From the NCBI GenBank assembly GCA_963761305.1, contig CAVXGK010000002.1, positions 32,001 through 96,000 on the forward strand: 64,000 nucleotides of DNA, given 5' to 3'. Each line of letters begins with the position of its first letter. Position 1 is the first letter of the stretch. This document shows, piece by piece, positions 30,021 to 40,186 of this stretch. This DNA is from an uncultured Gemmatimonadaceae bacterium (GTDB lineage Bacteria; Gemmatimonadota; Gemmatimonadetes; Gemmatimonadales; Gemmatimonadaceae). The translations under genes and the position numbers were made by a program. Below the pieces are notes generated by a model. That model ran no database searches. It was not told the origin of the DNA and saw only the letters and a program-made list of their open reading frames with translations.

Positions 30021-31109
30021 CTATCGCGCGATGAGATCGGAGGTGACGTCGGCGAGCGTGGCGCAACCGGCCAACGCCATCGACAGGTCGATCTCGGCGC
30101 GGATCCGCTGGAGCACGGCGCGGACGCCGTTCTCGCCGTCGAGCGTGAGGCCCCACAGAATGGGACGGCCGATCATCACGGCGCGCGCGCCGAGGGCGAT
30201 GGCCTTGAGGACGTCGGTGCCGCGCCGCGCGCCACCGTCGACGTAGACCTCGCAGTCGTTTCCGCGACGGGCGACCGCATCGACGACGGCGGGAAGCATC
30301 GTGATGCCCGCCGGCACGCTGTCGAGCTGGCGTCCGCCGTGGTTCGAGACGACGATCGCTGCCGCCCCGTGGTCGACCGCGAGCATGGCATCGTCGGCGG
30401 CGAGCACGCCCTTGACCACGACGGGCAAGGGCGAGATCGAGCGCAACCACTCGACGTCCTTCCACGTTAGCGCGGGATCCCACTGCGCGGAGATGTACTG
30501 CGCGAGCGACGATCCCGGGCCCGCGCCGCGGCGATGCATCTCCGTGTGCGACTCGGGAAAATTTGCCAGCTCGAGATGCGCCGGCATCCGAAGGTTGTTG
30601 CGAAGATCGCGTTCGCGCGGACCGGCGAGCGGCGTGTCCACCGTAAGGCACAGCGCCGAATAGCCGGCCGCCGCGGCGCGCTCGACGAGACCGCGGGTGA
30701 TGCCTTTGTCTTTGTAGACGTACAGCTGAAACCAGCGCGGGCCGCCGGATGCTTTCGCGATCGACTCGAGGCTGACGTTCGACACGGTGCTCGCGCAGAA
30801 GAGCGTCTGTTCGGCGGCGGTTGCGCGCGCCGTCGCGGACTCGGCTTCGGCGTGACACAGACCCTGGAAACCCATCGGGGGAACGACGACGGGCATCGAG
30901 ATCGGCGTGCCGAGCACGGTGGTGGCCATGGAACGGTCCGCCACGCCGCGCAGCATGCGCGGCAGCAACTGAAAACGCGACCAGGCGGCGCGATTCTCGG
31001 CGAGCGTCCACTCGTCGGCCGCACCACCGGCGATGTAGTCGAAAAGCATCGGGTCGAGGCGCTCGCGCGCTTTGGCCTCGAGCTCGTCGAGGTTGAGGAC
31101 GTTCAGCAT
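30021..31109 (-). CDS. FMN-dependent alpha-hydroxy acid oxidase/dehydrogenase
   Basis: DYIAGGA, WFQLY, LTVD, SNHGGRQLD and DGGARRGTDVLKA. Confidence 0.95.
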   Translation of the reverse strand: MLNVLNLDELEAKARERLDPMLFDYIAGGAADEWTLAENRAAWSRFQLLPRMLRGVADRSMATTVLGTPISMPVVVPPMGFQGLCHAEAESATARATAAEQTLFCASTVSNVSLESIAKASGGPRWFQLYVYKDKGITRGLVERAAAAGYSALCLTVDTPLAGPRERDLRNNLRMPAHLELANFPESHTEMHRRGAGPGSSLAQYISAQWDPALTWKDVEWLRSISPLPVVVKGVLAADDAMLAVDHGAAAIVVSNHGGRQLDSVPAGITMLPAVVDAVARRGNDCEVYVDGGARRGTDVLKAIALGARAVMIGRPILWGLTLDGENGVRAVLQRIRAEIDLSMALAGCATLADVTSDLIAR

Positions 31110-31185
31110 CGATTCTCCGCTAGAGGCTGTCTAAGTTTCACGGTCTTCGCCGCGGTGTCCACCCGCCGGGATTCGTCTCCAATCG

Positions 31186-32562
31186 ATGCTCGACGTCGTC
31201 ACCCAGTGGGTAGCGCACTACGGCGTCGCGATCGTCGCGGCGTTTCTGTTCATCGAGAGCACCGGCATTCCGGTGCCGGGTGAAACGGCGTTGGTGACCG
31301 CGGCGGCACTCGCCGGCCGCGGGACGTTGTCGATTTTCGCCGTCGTGATCGCGGCGTGCATCGGCACCTTCGTCGGCGGACAGACGGGCTATTGGATCGG
31401 CGCGAAGGAAGGCCGTTCGCTGATCGCGCGCTACGGCCGCTGGATCAAGCTCACCCCCGAGCGCATGCAGCGCACGGAAATCGTCTTCGCGCGCCACGGC
31501 GGCAAGACGGTTCTGCTCGGACGCTTCGTCGCGTTCATGCGGAGCTTCATCGGCATCTTCGCCGGCATCGTCGGCATGCCGGCGGGCAGCTTCGCCGCGT
31601 ACAACGCGGCGGGCGGCGTTCTCTGGGTGCTTTCGTTCAGCGCGTTGGGCTACGCGTTCGGGCGCAATCTGCCGCGGCTCGTCCGGTACATCGGTCGCGT
31701 GAGCCTTGTCGTCGCGACTCTGGTCGCGCTCATCGTCGGCGTCGTGTACGCCTGGAAATGGTTCCAGCGAAACCGAACCAAGGTCGTCGCATCGCTCGAT
31801 CACACCTTCGCGCGCGCCGCGACCAACCCGCGTGTGAGCCGGTGGCGCGGGAATCATCCGCGCGCGTGGCGATACACGTCGGGCAACTTCGCGCGCAGCG
31901 AGTATCTCGCGATTCACCTGGTGGTGGGCTTTCTCGTCAGCCTCACGGTGATCGGCATCTTCGCGTCGATCACCGAAGGACTGGTGGACACGTCGCCGCT
32001 CACGCGGTTCGACGTCACGGTCGCCGGCCGACTCGAACAGTCGGCGGCGGCGTCGGCGCTTGCCACGTTCCGCGTGCTGAGCGCACTCGGCGGCCGCGGT
32101 GCGATGACGCTGTTCCTCGTCGGCGGGGGACTCTACTACGCGATTCGGCGAAAGGGCCTGGAGCTCTCCGGATGGTGCGCGGCGTTCATCGGAGGGTCCT
32201 TGCTCGACGCGGCGCTGCGTGTGGTCGTGCGTCGATCGGAGCTTCCATTCGCCGACGTTGTGCTCATCGATTGGGGAATGGGCCTGGTGAGCGGCAAGGC
32301 GCTGGGCGTGGTCGTCGGCTACGGGATGATGGCGTATCTGCTGTCGACGCTCGTGCGTGGCGCGCTGACGCGCAGCTTCATCTCGATCTTCGCCATCGCG
32401 ATGATCGTCGCGATCACGGTGAGCCGGCTCTACCTGGGCCAGCAGTACATCAGCGACGCGAGCGCGGGGCTCGCGGCTGGACTCGTGTGGGTGGTGGCGT
32501 GCGTGACCGGAATCGAGATCGCCCGACAGCGGAAGTGGGGCGGGACCGCCGATGCGACCTAG
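31186..32562 (+). CDS. DedA-PAP2 fusion membrane protein with degenerate PAP2 site
   Basis: ESTGIPVPGE and GRFVAFMR (DedA); SRLYLGQQYISD (PAP2 motif 3 lacking His). Confidence 0.85.
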   Translation: MLDVVTQWVAHYGVAIVAAFLFIESTGIPVPGETALVTAAALAGRGTLSIFAVVIAACIGTFVGGQTGYWIGAKEGRSLIARYGRWIKLTPERMQRTEIVFARHGGKTVLLGRFVAFMRSFIGIFAGIVGMPAGSFAAYNAAGGVLWVLSFSALGYAFGRNLPRLVRYIGRVSLVVATLVALIVGVVYAWKWFQRNRTKVVASLDHTFARAATNPRVSRWRGNHPRAWRYTSGNFARSEYLAIHLVVGFLVSLTVIGIFASITEGLVDTSPLTRFDVTVAGRLEQSAAASALATFRVLSALGGRGAMTLFLVGGGLYYAIRRKGLELSGWCAAFIGGSLLDAALRVVVRRSELPFADVVLIDWGMGLVSGKALGVVVGYGMMAYLLSTLVRGALTRSFISIFAIAMIVAITVSRLYLGQQYISDASAGLAAGLVWVVACVTGIEIARQRKWGGTADAT

Positions 32563-33080
32563 TGGCTTCCCGCTGGGGCCACTTCGTCTTCGCCAAGCAT
32601 CGGCGGCGAGGCGAAGTCGATCTTGGCTTCCTTGAGCCAGCGCTCGAGCAACGAAGCGAGCGTCTTCTGATCGTCACTGCCGAGCCGGCGTAGCGCGGTC
32701 ATCAACTGCGTTTGAATCGTCGTCGGCGCGTCCTCCAGCAGGGCGCGGCCGGACGGCGTCACGGCGATCTCGATGCGCCGGCGGTCCGTCGGCGACGACG
32801 CGCGCGAAACGAAACCGCGCTCCACCAATCGGCGAACGACGACGGACACCGAACTCTGGTGCGTCGCGGTGCGCTCGGCCAACTCGTTGAGAGAATCCGC
32901 CGACCGCTCAGTCAGCTGTTGCAGGACGAACAACTGCGCCAGGCTGATGCCCATCTTGAGCTCGATCGCGCGCGTGTTCACCCGGAACGCGCGCACGATG
33001 CTCCGCACGGCGTTCATCGACCGGTCGACAGGCCGATCGTTGTTCAGCGGGGGAGCGCTCGGCGTCAGATTGGCACCCAT
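32559..33080 (-). CDS. MarR family transcriptional regulator
   Basis: ISLAQLFVL, ELAERT..HQSSVSVVV.RL and DRRR..IAVT. Confidence 0.9.
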   Translation of the reverse strand: MGANLTPSAPPLNNDRPVDRSMNAVRSIVRAFRVNTRAIELKMGISLAQLFVLQQLTERSADSLNELAERTATHQSSVSVVVRRLVERGFVSRASSPTDRRRIEIAVTPSGRALLEDAPTTIQTQLMTALRRLGSDDQKTLASLLERWLKEAKIDFASPPMLGEDEVAPAGSH

Positions 33081-33143
33081 GGTGCAGAACGTAGCTGTCG
33101 AAGCCGCGCTTCAACAAGGGGTCCAACGGAGGTAGCGAGCCGG

Positions 33144-35432
33144 TCAATTGGTCGCCAACTTCGATTTCTCGCCTTTGAGCTTGGCGTCGTACCACGCCAG
33201 CACTCGACGCCACATGTCGAGGAAGTCGTCCGCGGTCGCGGTTCCGGCGCCGTGGCCGCCGTTCATGTAGTCCACCCACACGACTTCCTTCCCGAGCCGG
33301 CGAAGCGCGTAGTACATCTCGCGGGTGTTGTCGGCGGGCACGTTGGAATCCTGCGCGCCGGTGACGAGCATGAGCGGCGTGGTGATCCGATCGGCGAACA
33401 ACACGGCCGAGTGCTGCTCGTACTTCTGCGGCTGCTGCCACATCGTGGCGCCGATGCGGTCCTGCGTCTTCTCGGCCGCGTTGACGTTGCGAACCCCGAG
33501 GCGCGGGCTATCGGTGTAGAAGCTGATCAGATCCACCTTGCCCGAGATGTTCACGGCGGCCTTGAAGCGATTCGTCTGTGTGACGAGCAGGTTCGTGGCG
33601 TACCCGCCGTAGCTCGTGCCTTGCACGGCCATCTTCGACGAGTCGGTGATGCCCATCTCGATCAGCTTGTTGGCGGCGGCGGTCACGCCCTTGAGCCAGG
33701 CTTCGCCCGGAAAGCCGATGTCGAAATCGACCGACGGTTGCACGACGACGTAGCCGTGCCCGGCGAGCAGCGCGAGCTGCGAGTTGAACGTGTCGTCGAA
33801 GAAATCTTCGTACACGTTGAAGATCGTCGGATAGGCTTTGCCTTTCTGATAGTCGGGCGGATAGTAGACGACGGCGTACTTCTGATGGCCGTCGGCGTCG
33901 AGGAAAGGCACGAGCTCCGTCGCGCCGAGGCGCTTCGACTGGAGTTGCGGATTGCTCTCGACGACGCGGCGCGGCGACGCGAGCGATTCGTCGGCGACGT
34001 AGAGGTCGGCCGGATGATTCCCGTTGGCGATCGACAGCACGACCGTCTTGCCATCCTTCGACAGGCGAATGCCGGAGAACGTGCGTCCGTCGTGGACGAG
34101 CGTGGTCAACTGCTTCGCCGCGCGATCGTAGCGAAGCACGGAACGCTCCCACTTCGTGCGCGACGCCGACGTGAGATAGATGCGTTGACCGTCGTCCGTC
34201 CACGCGGCGAACGTCGTGCGCGGCGACGTAGGGACGGAATCGTCGGTGGCGACGACCTGATCGCGCGTTTGCGTGGCGACATCGACGAGCCACAACCCGT
34301 CGCGATTGGAGACGAGCACGGCGTCGCCCGTGGGGCTGAACCGCACGACGGAGAACCGCTCTTTGGCGGCGCGCTCACGTGCGGCCTTCGTCGTATCGGG
34401 CGGTGTCACGTCACCGGACTTTCGCTCCGCCGGTCCGGCGACCTGCTTCGCGTCCTTGTCGTCGATCGAGCCGACGTACACGCGGCCGTCCTTGGAGTAC
34501 GCGTAGTGGCGTCCGTCGTCGGCGAACTGCAGCTGCATGCCTTTCGTCGTCGCGAACACGACGTGCTCGGCGCCGCCGGCGCTCGGGCGCGCCCGAAGCG
34601 ACATCTCGCTGTTGAAGCTGTCGTAGTCGGTCTTCTTCTGAACGTCGACGTCGTAGCCGATTTCGGCGCCGTCTTTCGTGAGCGTGTACTGTCCGAGCAT
34701 CGTCTCCGGCACGAGGTCGCGCATCTCGTTCGTCTTCAAGTCGAACGCGACGACGCTGCGCACGTTGCCCAGGCGACGGACGTCGTCCCAGGCGAGGAAC
34801 GGATCGAGGCTCGACTGCACGAACACCGGACCGACGGTCATCGTCGTGAACGTGTCGTGCGCTTTCTTGCGCCACTCGGTCGTGTGCACCGCGAAGACGA
34901 GCGCCTTTCCGTCGGCCGTCCAACGCAAGTCACTGTTCTCGGCCACGTAGCGCCCCGCCGGCAGATGCACGACGGTCACGCGATCGGCTTTGCGATCCCA
35001 GACGGCCGGCTCGTAGACGTCGCCGTTGAACAGCAGCGACGCCAACCGATCGCCGTCGGGCGACCAGCGGGCGAGCCGCACCGGTCGCTTGTCGGGAAAG
35101 ACCGAACGCGTCGCGCCGGATTTCGTGTCGATGACGAGCAATCTGACCGGCACCGGATGCACGTACGTGGGGTCGCCGTCGCGCCGATAGTCCTGTCCGT
35201 ACGCGTCGCGCCGCACGGTCGACGTCACGGCCAGCCAGCGGCCGTCGTCGCTCAAGTCGGCGACGGAGGCGGTCGTCATGTCGAGCGCGTCCTCCATGGT
35301 GAATGCCGCACTGGTCGTCGGCGCCGACGCCGTCGTACGCGTCGCCGGTCCGCCGTTCTGCGCGAGAGCGTTGACGCCGGCGAACGCCAGCGCGGCGGCG
35401 GCAAATGGAGCAGCGAAGAGATGCGAGCGCAT
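33144..35432 (-). CDS. S9 prolyl oligopeptidase family peptidase, secreted
   Basis: Signal peptide, propeller region, GTSYGGY, G.QD.NV and GGHG. Confidence 0.9.
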   Translation of the reverse strand: MRSHLFAAPFAAAALAFAGVNALAQNGGPATRTTASAPTTSAAFTMEDALDMTTASVADLSDDGRWLAVTSTVRRDAYGQDYRRDGDPTYVHPVPVRLLVIDTKSGATRSVFPDKRPVRLARWSPDGDRLASLLFNGDVYEPAVWDRKADRVTVVHLPAGRYVAENSDLRWTADGKALVFAVHTTEWRKKAHDTFTTMTVGPVFVQSSLDPFLAWDDVRRLGNVRSVVAFDLKTNEMRDLVPETMLGQYTLTKDGAEIGYDVDVQKKTDYDSFNSEMSLRARPSAGGAEHVVFATTKGMQLQFADDGRHYAYSKDGRVYVGSIDDKDAKQVAGPAERKSGDVTPPDTTKAARERAAKERFSVVRFSPTGDAVLVSNRDGLWLVDVATQTRDQVVATDDSVPTSPRTTFAAWTDDGQRIYLTSASRTKWERSVLRYDRAAKQLTTLVHDGRTFSGIRLSKDGKTVVLSIANGNHPADLYVADESLASPRRVVESNPQLQSKRLGATELVPFLDADGHQKYAVVYYPPDYQKGKAYPTIFNVYEDFFDDTFNSQLALLAGHGYVVVQPSVDFDIGFPGEAWLKGVTAAANKLIEMGITDSSKMAVQGTSYGGYATNLLVTQTNRFKAAVNISGKVDLISFYTDSPRLGVRNVNAAEKTQDRIGATMWQQPQKYEQHSAVLFADRITTPLMLVTGAQDSNVPADNTREMYYALRRLGKEVVWVDYMNGGHGAGTATADDFLDMWRRVLAWYDAKLKGEKSKLATN

Positions 35433-35507
35433 ACGACATCCACGAGAGGAAGGTGGACGTTCAATGTGCTCGCGGGTCGAGGTTGTCGCTAGCGAGGCGA
35501 CGACTTG

Positions 35508-37220
35508 TCAGGGAACGATGATGGTGCGCATGGCCGCGGTGGTCGAGCGAGTGGTTTCGGCCGTCACGGCGAGCTCGTACGTGCCGGAGCGGAGTCGGGA
35601 CAGGTCGACGCGGACTCCGCGGGCGGCGATTCCGTCGTGCTTTTCCGGCACCTCGTCCCACTGCAAGCGCAGCCCGGTCGTCGGGTCGGCGAGGTGGACG
35701 CGCTCGATGGCGCGGCGCATCCAGCTCACGCCGACCTGCTGCACGCTCACCGTGAAATGGACCGGCTCTCCCTTGTCGCGCAGGCCGTATGCCTCCCAGT
35801 AGACGCCCACCGCACGCGCCATGGGAATCTCCGTGCTCGACAAGGCGTTGTCGCGCGCCGCGGCGAAATCGGCATTGGGTGACGCGTCCGGTCTGTAGAG
35901 CAGCAGGTCGGACAGCGTGACGCCGTTCGAGTCGAGCGCGGTGAACCCCTCACGGCGCCGCGCGGCGCGTCGGTCCGCCGTCGCCAGAAGCTCGAGGCTC
36001 ACCACACCGGAGTCACCGATCACCGTTGCGACTAATGAGCCGTTGGCTTTCGCCGAGTCCTGCCGCGCAGCAGTCAGCGGCGCGCCGTCGGTGACGACAG
36101 CGAGCGACGCGGTGAGCGGCCGGCCGATCAGCGTCGTGTCGCGGCGCGCGTCCCACGCGGCCACGACGAGGATCGAGTCGCCTCTCCTGAATCGCGCGAT
36201 CTGACTCGGCAGGTCGTGCACCGAACGCGCGTAGGCCGGCGCGTAGCCCGTGCGGGCGAAGCGGTCGTCGAGCGTCCAGTCGTCGTCGGTGATGCGCGCC
36301 ACATGGTCGACGCCGTGAACGCTCGGCATGAAGTCGTACGGCATTCCCGCGTCGTGCCCGGTGACGCGAATGCGCGAATCGAGCATCATGCTCTGAAAGC
36401 CGCGCGAATACCACTCCGGCCAGCCGTAGCGCATCATGAGCTCGCGCACGTCGTCACCCCATGCCTCGCCGTCGGGTGTGGCGGAGTGTTCGACGATGCG
36501 TGCACGGGTATAGCGGGCGAGGTGCTCGGTGAACAGATCGGTCGTGCTCACGGAATAGAGCGGCGCACCCAGGCGAAGAATCTGCCGCGCGAGGGAGTCG
36601 CGCGTCTCGCACGGCAGATGGGAGAATCGGTCGGCCAGGCGGTCGTCGAGCAGATCGGAGATGTCCAGCCACCGGCATCGCTCAGCGAGGTCCATCGCAG
36701 CGAGCGCGATGGTGAACTGCGAATCGGCGATCGCGAAGCGTTTGTCCAGGTGCGCGGCGAATCCGGCGAGCGCGGCGCACCACGCCGTTCCCGCGGCGCA
36801 CCGTGTCGTGGCGAAGCGAATCGCGTCGTCGGCGCGCTGTGACTCGCCGAGGTAGCGCACGTACTGGCCGGCAAGCCATGGATCAGCGGTCAGGCGTGAT
36901 GTGGCGGTGTCGAGCTGTGCGACGAGCGCGTTCAGTCGGGCGCGAATGTCGGCCGGCACCTCGGGCGGCGGGGCCTCGTCGGTGTCGTCGCCGCGCCAAT
37001 AGCAGTAGCGTCCGATGTGAACGTCGCAGGGACCGCCGCCGTCGGGGCGCACCGGGAGGCGATTGCGTCGAAACGCCTCGAAGGCTCGCTGCGCGGATTC
37101 GGCCGAGCGTCGCAGCCGAACCGAATCCGCGCGAGAGACCGCCGAGGAGTCCGAGGGCCCCTGAAAGAGCGCTCCGTGAACGAGCAGCGCGCCCGCGACG
37201 ACGACGTCGATCAGCGCCAC
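35508..37220 (-). CDS. Secreted hypothetical protein (Cys-containing; RYGWP motif)
   Basis: Long ORF with signal-like N-terminus, co-oriented in the operon. Family not recognised. Confidence 0.7.
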   Translation of the reverse strand: MALIDVVVAGALLVHGALFQGPSDSSAVSRADSVRLRRSAESAQRAFEAFRRNRLPVRPDGGGPCDVHIGRYCYWRGDDTDEAPPPEVPADIRARLNALVAQLDTATSRLTADPWLAGQYVRYLGESQRADDAIRFATTRCAAGTAWCAALAGFAAHLDKRFAIADSQFTIALAAMDLAERCRWLDISDLLDDRLADRFSHLPCETRDSLARQILRLGAPLYSVSTTDLFTEHLARYTRARIVEHSATPDGEAWGDDVRELMMRYGWPEWYSRGFQSMMLDSRIRVTGHDAGMPYDFMPSVHGVDHVARITDDDWTLDDRFARTGYAPAYARSVHDLPSQIARFRRGDSILVVAAWDARRDTTLIGRPLTASLAVVTDGAPLTAARQDSAKANGSLVATVIGDSGVVSLELLATADRRAARRREGFTALDSNGVTLSDLLLYRPDASPNADFAAARDNALSSTEIPMARAVGVYWEAYGLRDKGEPVHFTVSVQQVGVSWMRRAIERVHLADPTTGLRLQWDEVPEKHDGIAARGVRVDLSRLRSGTYELAVTAETTRSTTAAMRTIIVP

Positions 37221-37245
37221 GGCCTCCTCACATGGTCAACGCCGG

Positions 37246-39183
37246 CTACGGCTCTCCGAGCGCCAGGAACGGACCCGGGTTCGCCGAGAGACCGATGTCG
37301 TCGACGACCACCGTGCCGGCGACGAGGCGATCGAACACAAGACGAATCGAGCGGAGATGCGACGGATCGAACTGCGGCGACGCTTGGGCAAAATCCGCCA
37401 GCGGCAGCACGTACGTTTGCAGCACCATCTCGTACTGCGTCGGATAGCGCTGCTGCTCCTGGTCGTGTCGGCGCAGGATGTGAATCTCGAGCGGCCTGCG
37501 CGGCACGCCGAAGCGGCTGAGCGGGAGCCGCGCGACGTGTCCGGCGGCGTCGGCCAACTCGACGGTCAGATCGACCGGCGTCGAGTCCTTTCCGGCCTTG
37601 GGCTCCGGCTTCTTGGGCGGCGTTTTCTTTTCGTCCTTCTTGGTGCTGTCGGCTTTCTTGGTCGTGTCGCGCGCCGGCGAACGCGGGCCGGGCTTGGCGT
37701 CGGTCGGCGCAAGCGAGAGATACACGGCCGATTCGCGCGAGAGGCCGAGGCTCCCGACGAGGGAGTCGCTCATCGCGATCGTGTACGAGGCCGGCTTGCC
37801 GAGCTTCGTTGTGTCGTCGCCGCGGATGTGGTTGTTCCAACCGAGCGTCACCGCGTTGGTGTTGATCGGATCGTTCTGCCCGCTGCGCAGGTTGAGCGCG
37901 TTCTCTTTCCACGTTGCAAGACTATCGCCTGAGAGGGTAACCCCCGGCACGGAGCCGGTCGTCACGTCGACGTCCTCTTCGAACGTGGCCAGCGGCTTGA
38001 AGCCCGATTCCTCGAAGCGCGTGATATACATCGTTTTGGGCAGCCACGCGCCGATCAACCGATGGTCGCGGAACATCGGCAGATACTCGGTCTTTCCGTG
38101 CAGCGTCGCCTCGAGGAATCCGCCGATCACCACTTTGCTGAACTGCCGCTGTTCTTCGGGCGTGATCAGTCCGCGCAGGTCGAGGTAGCGGCCACTGCGC
38201 GGGCCGTTGTCCTTGTTGCCCCACACGGTGTTCCACTGCCCGTGGTTGGCGCGATAGACGTACCACGCCGCCTTGAACCACGGCTTGCCGTCGGTGAACC
38301 GAATGCGCTGGAAGGTGCGCAGTCCGTTGAAGGAGGACACGTCCCCGTCGTGCGAACCGTGAATCACCATGTAGTTCACGTTCTCGATCGGTGTCCACTG
38401 GCCGGCCGGCTTGTACTGGCCGTCCACCGGCGCGATGGCGAACACGGACTTGATGTCGAAGTTGAAATTGAACTTGACGTTCGCGTCGTCCGGGTAGTGG
38501 CTGAGCCGATTGAACGCCGCCGCGATCCCGACCGCTTCGCCGCCGCGCGAGTGGCCCATGATCGCGATGTTGTGCATGTCCACCTTGTGCGAGAACGGGC
38601 CGGCCGAACTGTCGTTCCAGCGCTTCCAGTCCTCGATGTGCTTGAGCAGCAGCCAGGCGCGTCCGTCGCTTTCGCCGCGCAGGTTGCCGTTGATGAAATT
38701 CTCATCGACGGAAACGAGGATGAACCCGCGCGACGCGAGCAGCTCGCCCAGGTAGCCGTAGCCCGGATCGGAGTAGTCGAGCGGATCGTGGTTGCCGTGC
38801 ACGATGAGCACGAGCGGGAAGGGGCCGTTGCCCGCCGGATACCAGACGCGCCCGTTGATCGGCACCTTGCTGAACCCGAAGCCCCAATCTTTCTCGCGCG
38901 CCTTGGCGTTGTCGGGTTCCGTCTGTACGAACGGCGAGACGTCCACCGTCTTCGTCTTGATCGTGACCGAATCGCGGTACTCGGCTCGGCGCTTGTCGGT
39001 GCCGCTCCCGTAGTAGAGCGTCTTGACGGCGAGGGATCCCTTTTCGCCGGGGTCCGGCGCCGAGATCAACTGGTGAGAGAGAACGGTCGGCGAATCGTCC
39101 TTGGTGAGCACGAGCGCCTGCGTGCAGCCCAGAATCATCAGGGCCGCGGCGGCCACGGCGGCTCGGTTTCGAGTGGCGTGCAT
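37246..39183 (-). CDS. Alpha/beta hydrolase lipoprotein
   Basis: Lipobox ILGC, PLVLIVHGNH and GHSRGGEA. Start MHATR overlaps the upstream stop. Confidence 0.85.
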   Translation of the reverse strand: MHATRNRAAVAAAALMILGCTQALVLTKDDSPTVLSHQLISAPDPGEKGSLAVKTLYYGSGTDKRRAEYRDSVTIKTKTVDVSPFVQTEPDNAKAREKDWGFGFSKVPINGRVWYPAGNGPFPLVLIVHGNHDPLDYSDPGYGYLGELLASRGFILVSVDENFINGNLRGESDGRAWLLLKHIEDWKRWNDSSAGPFSHKVDMHNIAIMGHSRGGEAVGIAAAFNRLSHYPDDANVKFNFNFDIKSVFAIAPVDGQYKPAGQWTPIENVNYMVIHGSHDGDVSSFNGLRTFQRIRFTDGKPWFKAAWYVYRANHGQWNTVWGNKDNGPRSGRYLDLRGLITPEEQRQFSKVVIGGFLEATLHGKTEYLPMFRDHRLIGAWLPKTMYITRFEESGFKPLATFEEDVDVTTGSVPGVTLSGDSLATWKENALNLRSGQNDPINTNAVTLGWNNHIRGDDTTKLGKPASYTIAMSDSLVGSLGLSRESAVYLSLAPTDAKPGPRSPARDTTKKADSTKKDEKKTPPKKPEPKAGKDSTPVDLTVELADAAGHVARLPLSRFGVPRRPLEIHILRRHDQEQQRYPTQYEMVLQTYVLPLADFAQASPQFDPSHLRSIRLVFDRLVAGTVVVDDIGLSANPGPFLALGEP

Positions 39184-40154
39184 TAGCGAATCCTCAAGCC
39201 GATGCGATTGCCGATCCGGCCGCCGCTCAGGGTCTCGAGCGCGTAGTCGATCGACAGGCGATCCATCGTGAAGCCGGCGCCGGCGGTCACGGCGTCTTCG
39301 CCCGGCAGCGGGCGCCGCGCGCCGACGCGGAGGGCGATGTTGTAGCCGCTCAGCCAACTGTAGTTCATCTCGAGGCCGCCGGCGGGCGAGAGGGTGTTGG
39401 TGCGGATCCACGAAACGGCGGTCGTGGCGAACCAGTCGAATTCTCCGAGCTGTCCGCCGCGGGATGCGCCGACAGTCGCTGTGCGCGGCAGGTTCACTCC
39501 CACGTCCTCCTCAAATGGCCCCGTCCCGCTCGGAGGAATGCCGGGGCCTGGGGGCGTGATCAGGTGAAAATCCTGTCCGATGTTCTGCACCGACGCGCCG
39601 AACGTGTACGAGCCGAACAACTGCTTTGAGACTCCGAGGTCGAGGAGCCCCCGCGTGAATCGCGTACTGAAGTCCTCGTCCTGCGCCACCTTTCCAGCAA
39701 TACCCACGCGCCACCCCTTCACGACCTGCGCGAGGCCCGCGCTCGCCTCGACGGAGGTCGCCGGACTTGAGCTTGGGTCGAACAGCGAGGGAATCGTGAT
39801 CGGTTCACCCAACAGAACCGACCCGAAACCGGGGCGATAGTAATTCGCCATCCGCATTCCGATGCCGATGCCGCCGCCATTGAATCGGGTCACCGCCGAC
39901 AACGCCGTCAGGCCGACGTTGCTCGAAAAGCGCTCGGCGGAAATGCTGTATCCGTTCGCCACCGCGAGTTGCGCGGGGTTGAAGAACAGCACGTCGTCGT
40001 CTCGACTGGTCACGCCCACATCACCGAGCGCCAGCGTGCGAGCGCTCGACGGAAGGACGAGCACGATCGGGCCGAGCGCAGGCGTCTGCGCTCGCGCCGT
40101 GACGACGGGACCGGTGACGATCGCGACGAGAAACGTGAGGCGGCGAAGATTCAT
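39183..40154 (-). CDS. PorV/PorQ (FadL-like) outer membrane protein
   Basis: SAR.LALG......DD...FFNPAQLA N-terminal motif and C-terminal beta strands (IDYA). Confidence 0.7.
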   Translation of the reverse strand: MNLRRLTFLVAIVTGPVVTARAQTPALGPIVLVLPSSARTLALGDVGVTSRDDDVLFFNPAQLAVANGYSISAERFSSNVGLTALSAVTRFNGGGIGIGMRMANYYRPGFGSVLLGEPITIPSLFDPSSSPATSVEASAGLAQVVKGWRVGIAGKVAQDEDFSTRFTRGLLDLGVSKQLFGSYTFGASVQNIGQDFHLITPPGPGIPPSGTGPFEEDVGVNLPRTATVGASRGGQLGEFDWFATTAVSWIRTNTLSPAGGLEMNYSWLSGYNIALRVGARRPLPGEDAVTAGAGFTMDRLSIDYALETLSGGRIGNRIGLRIR

Positions 40155-40186
40155 GACGAAGGCGTGTGTCAGAGGTTGGAGTCGAG

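Noticed and set aside
28087..31011. 974-aa ClC protein
   Set aside because: The N-terminal extension overlaps the hydroxy-acid oxidase in another frame. The real start is near 29985.
39183..40154. Type IX secretion locus
   Set aside because: A lone PorV-like gene; no other T9SS components recognised.
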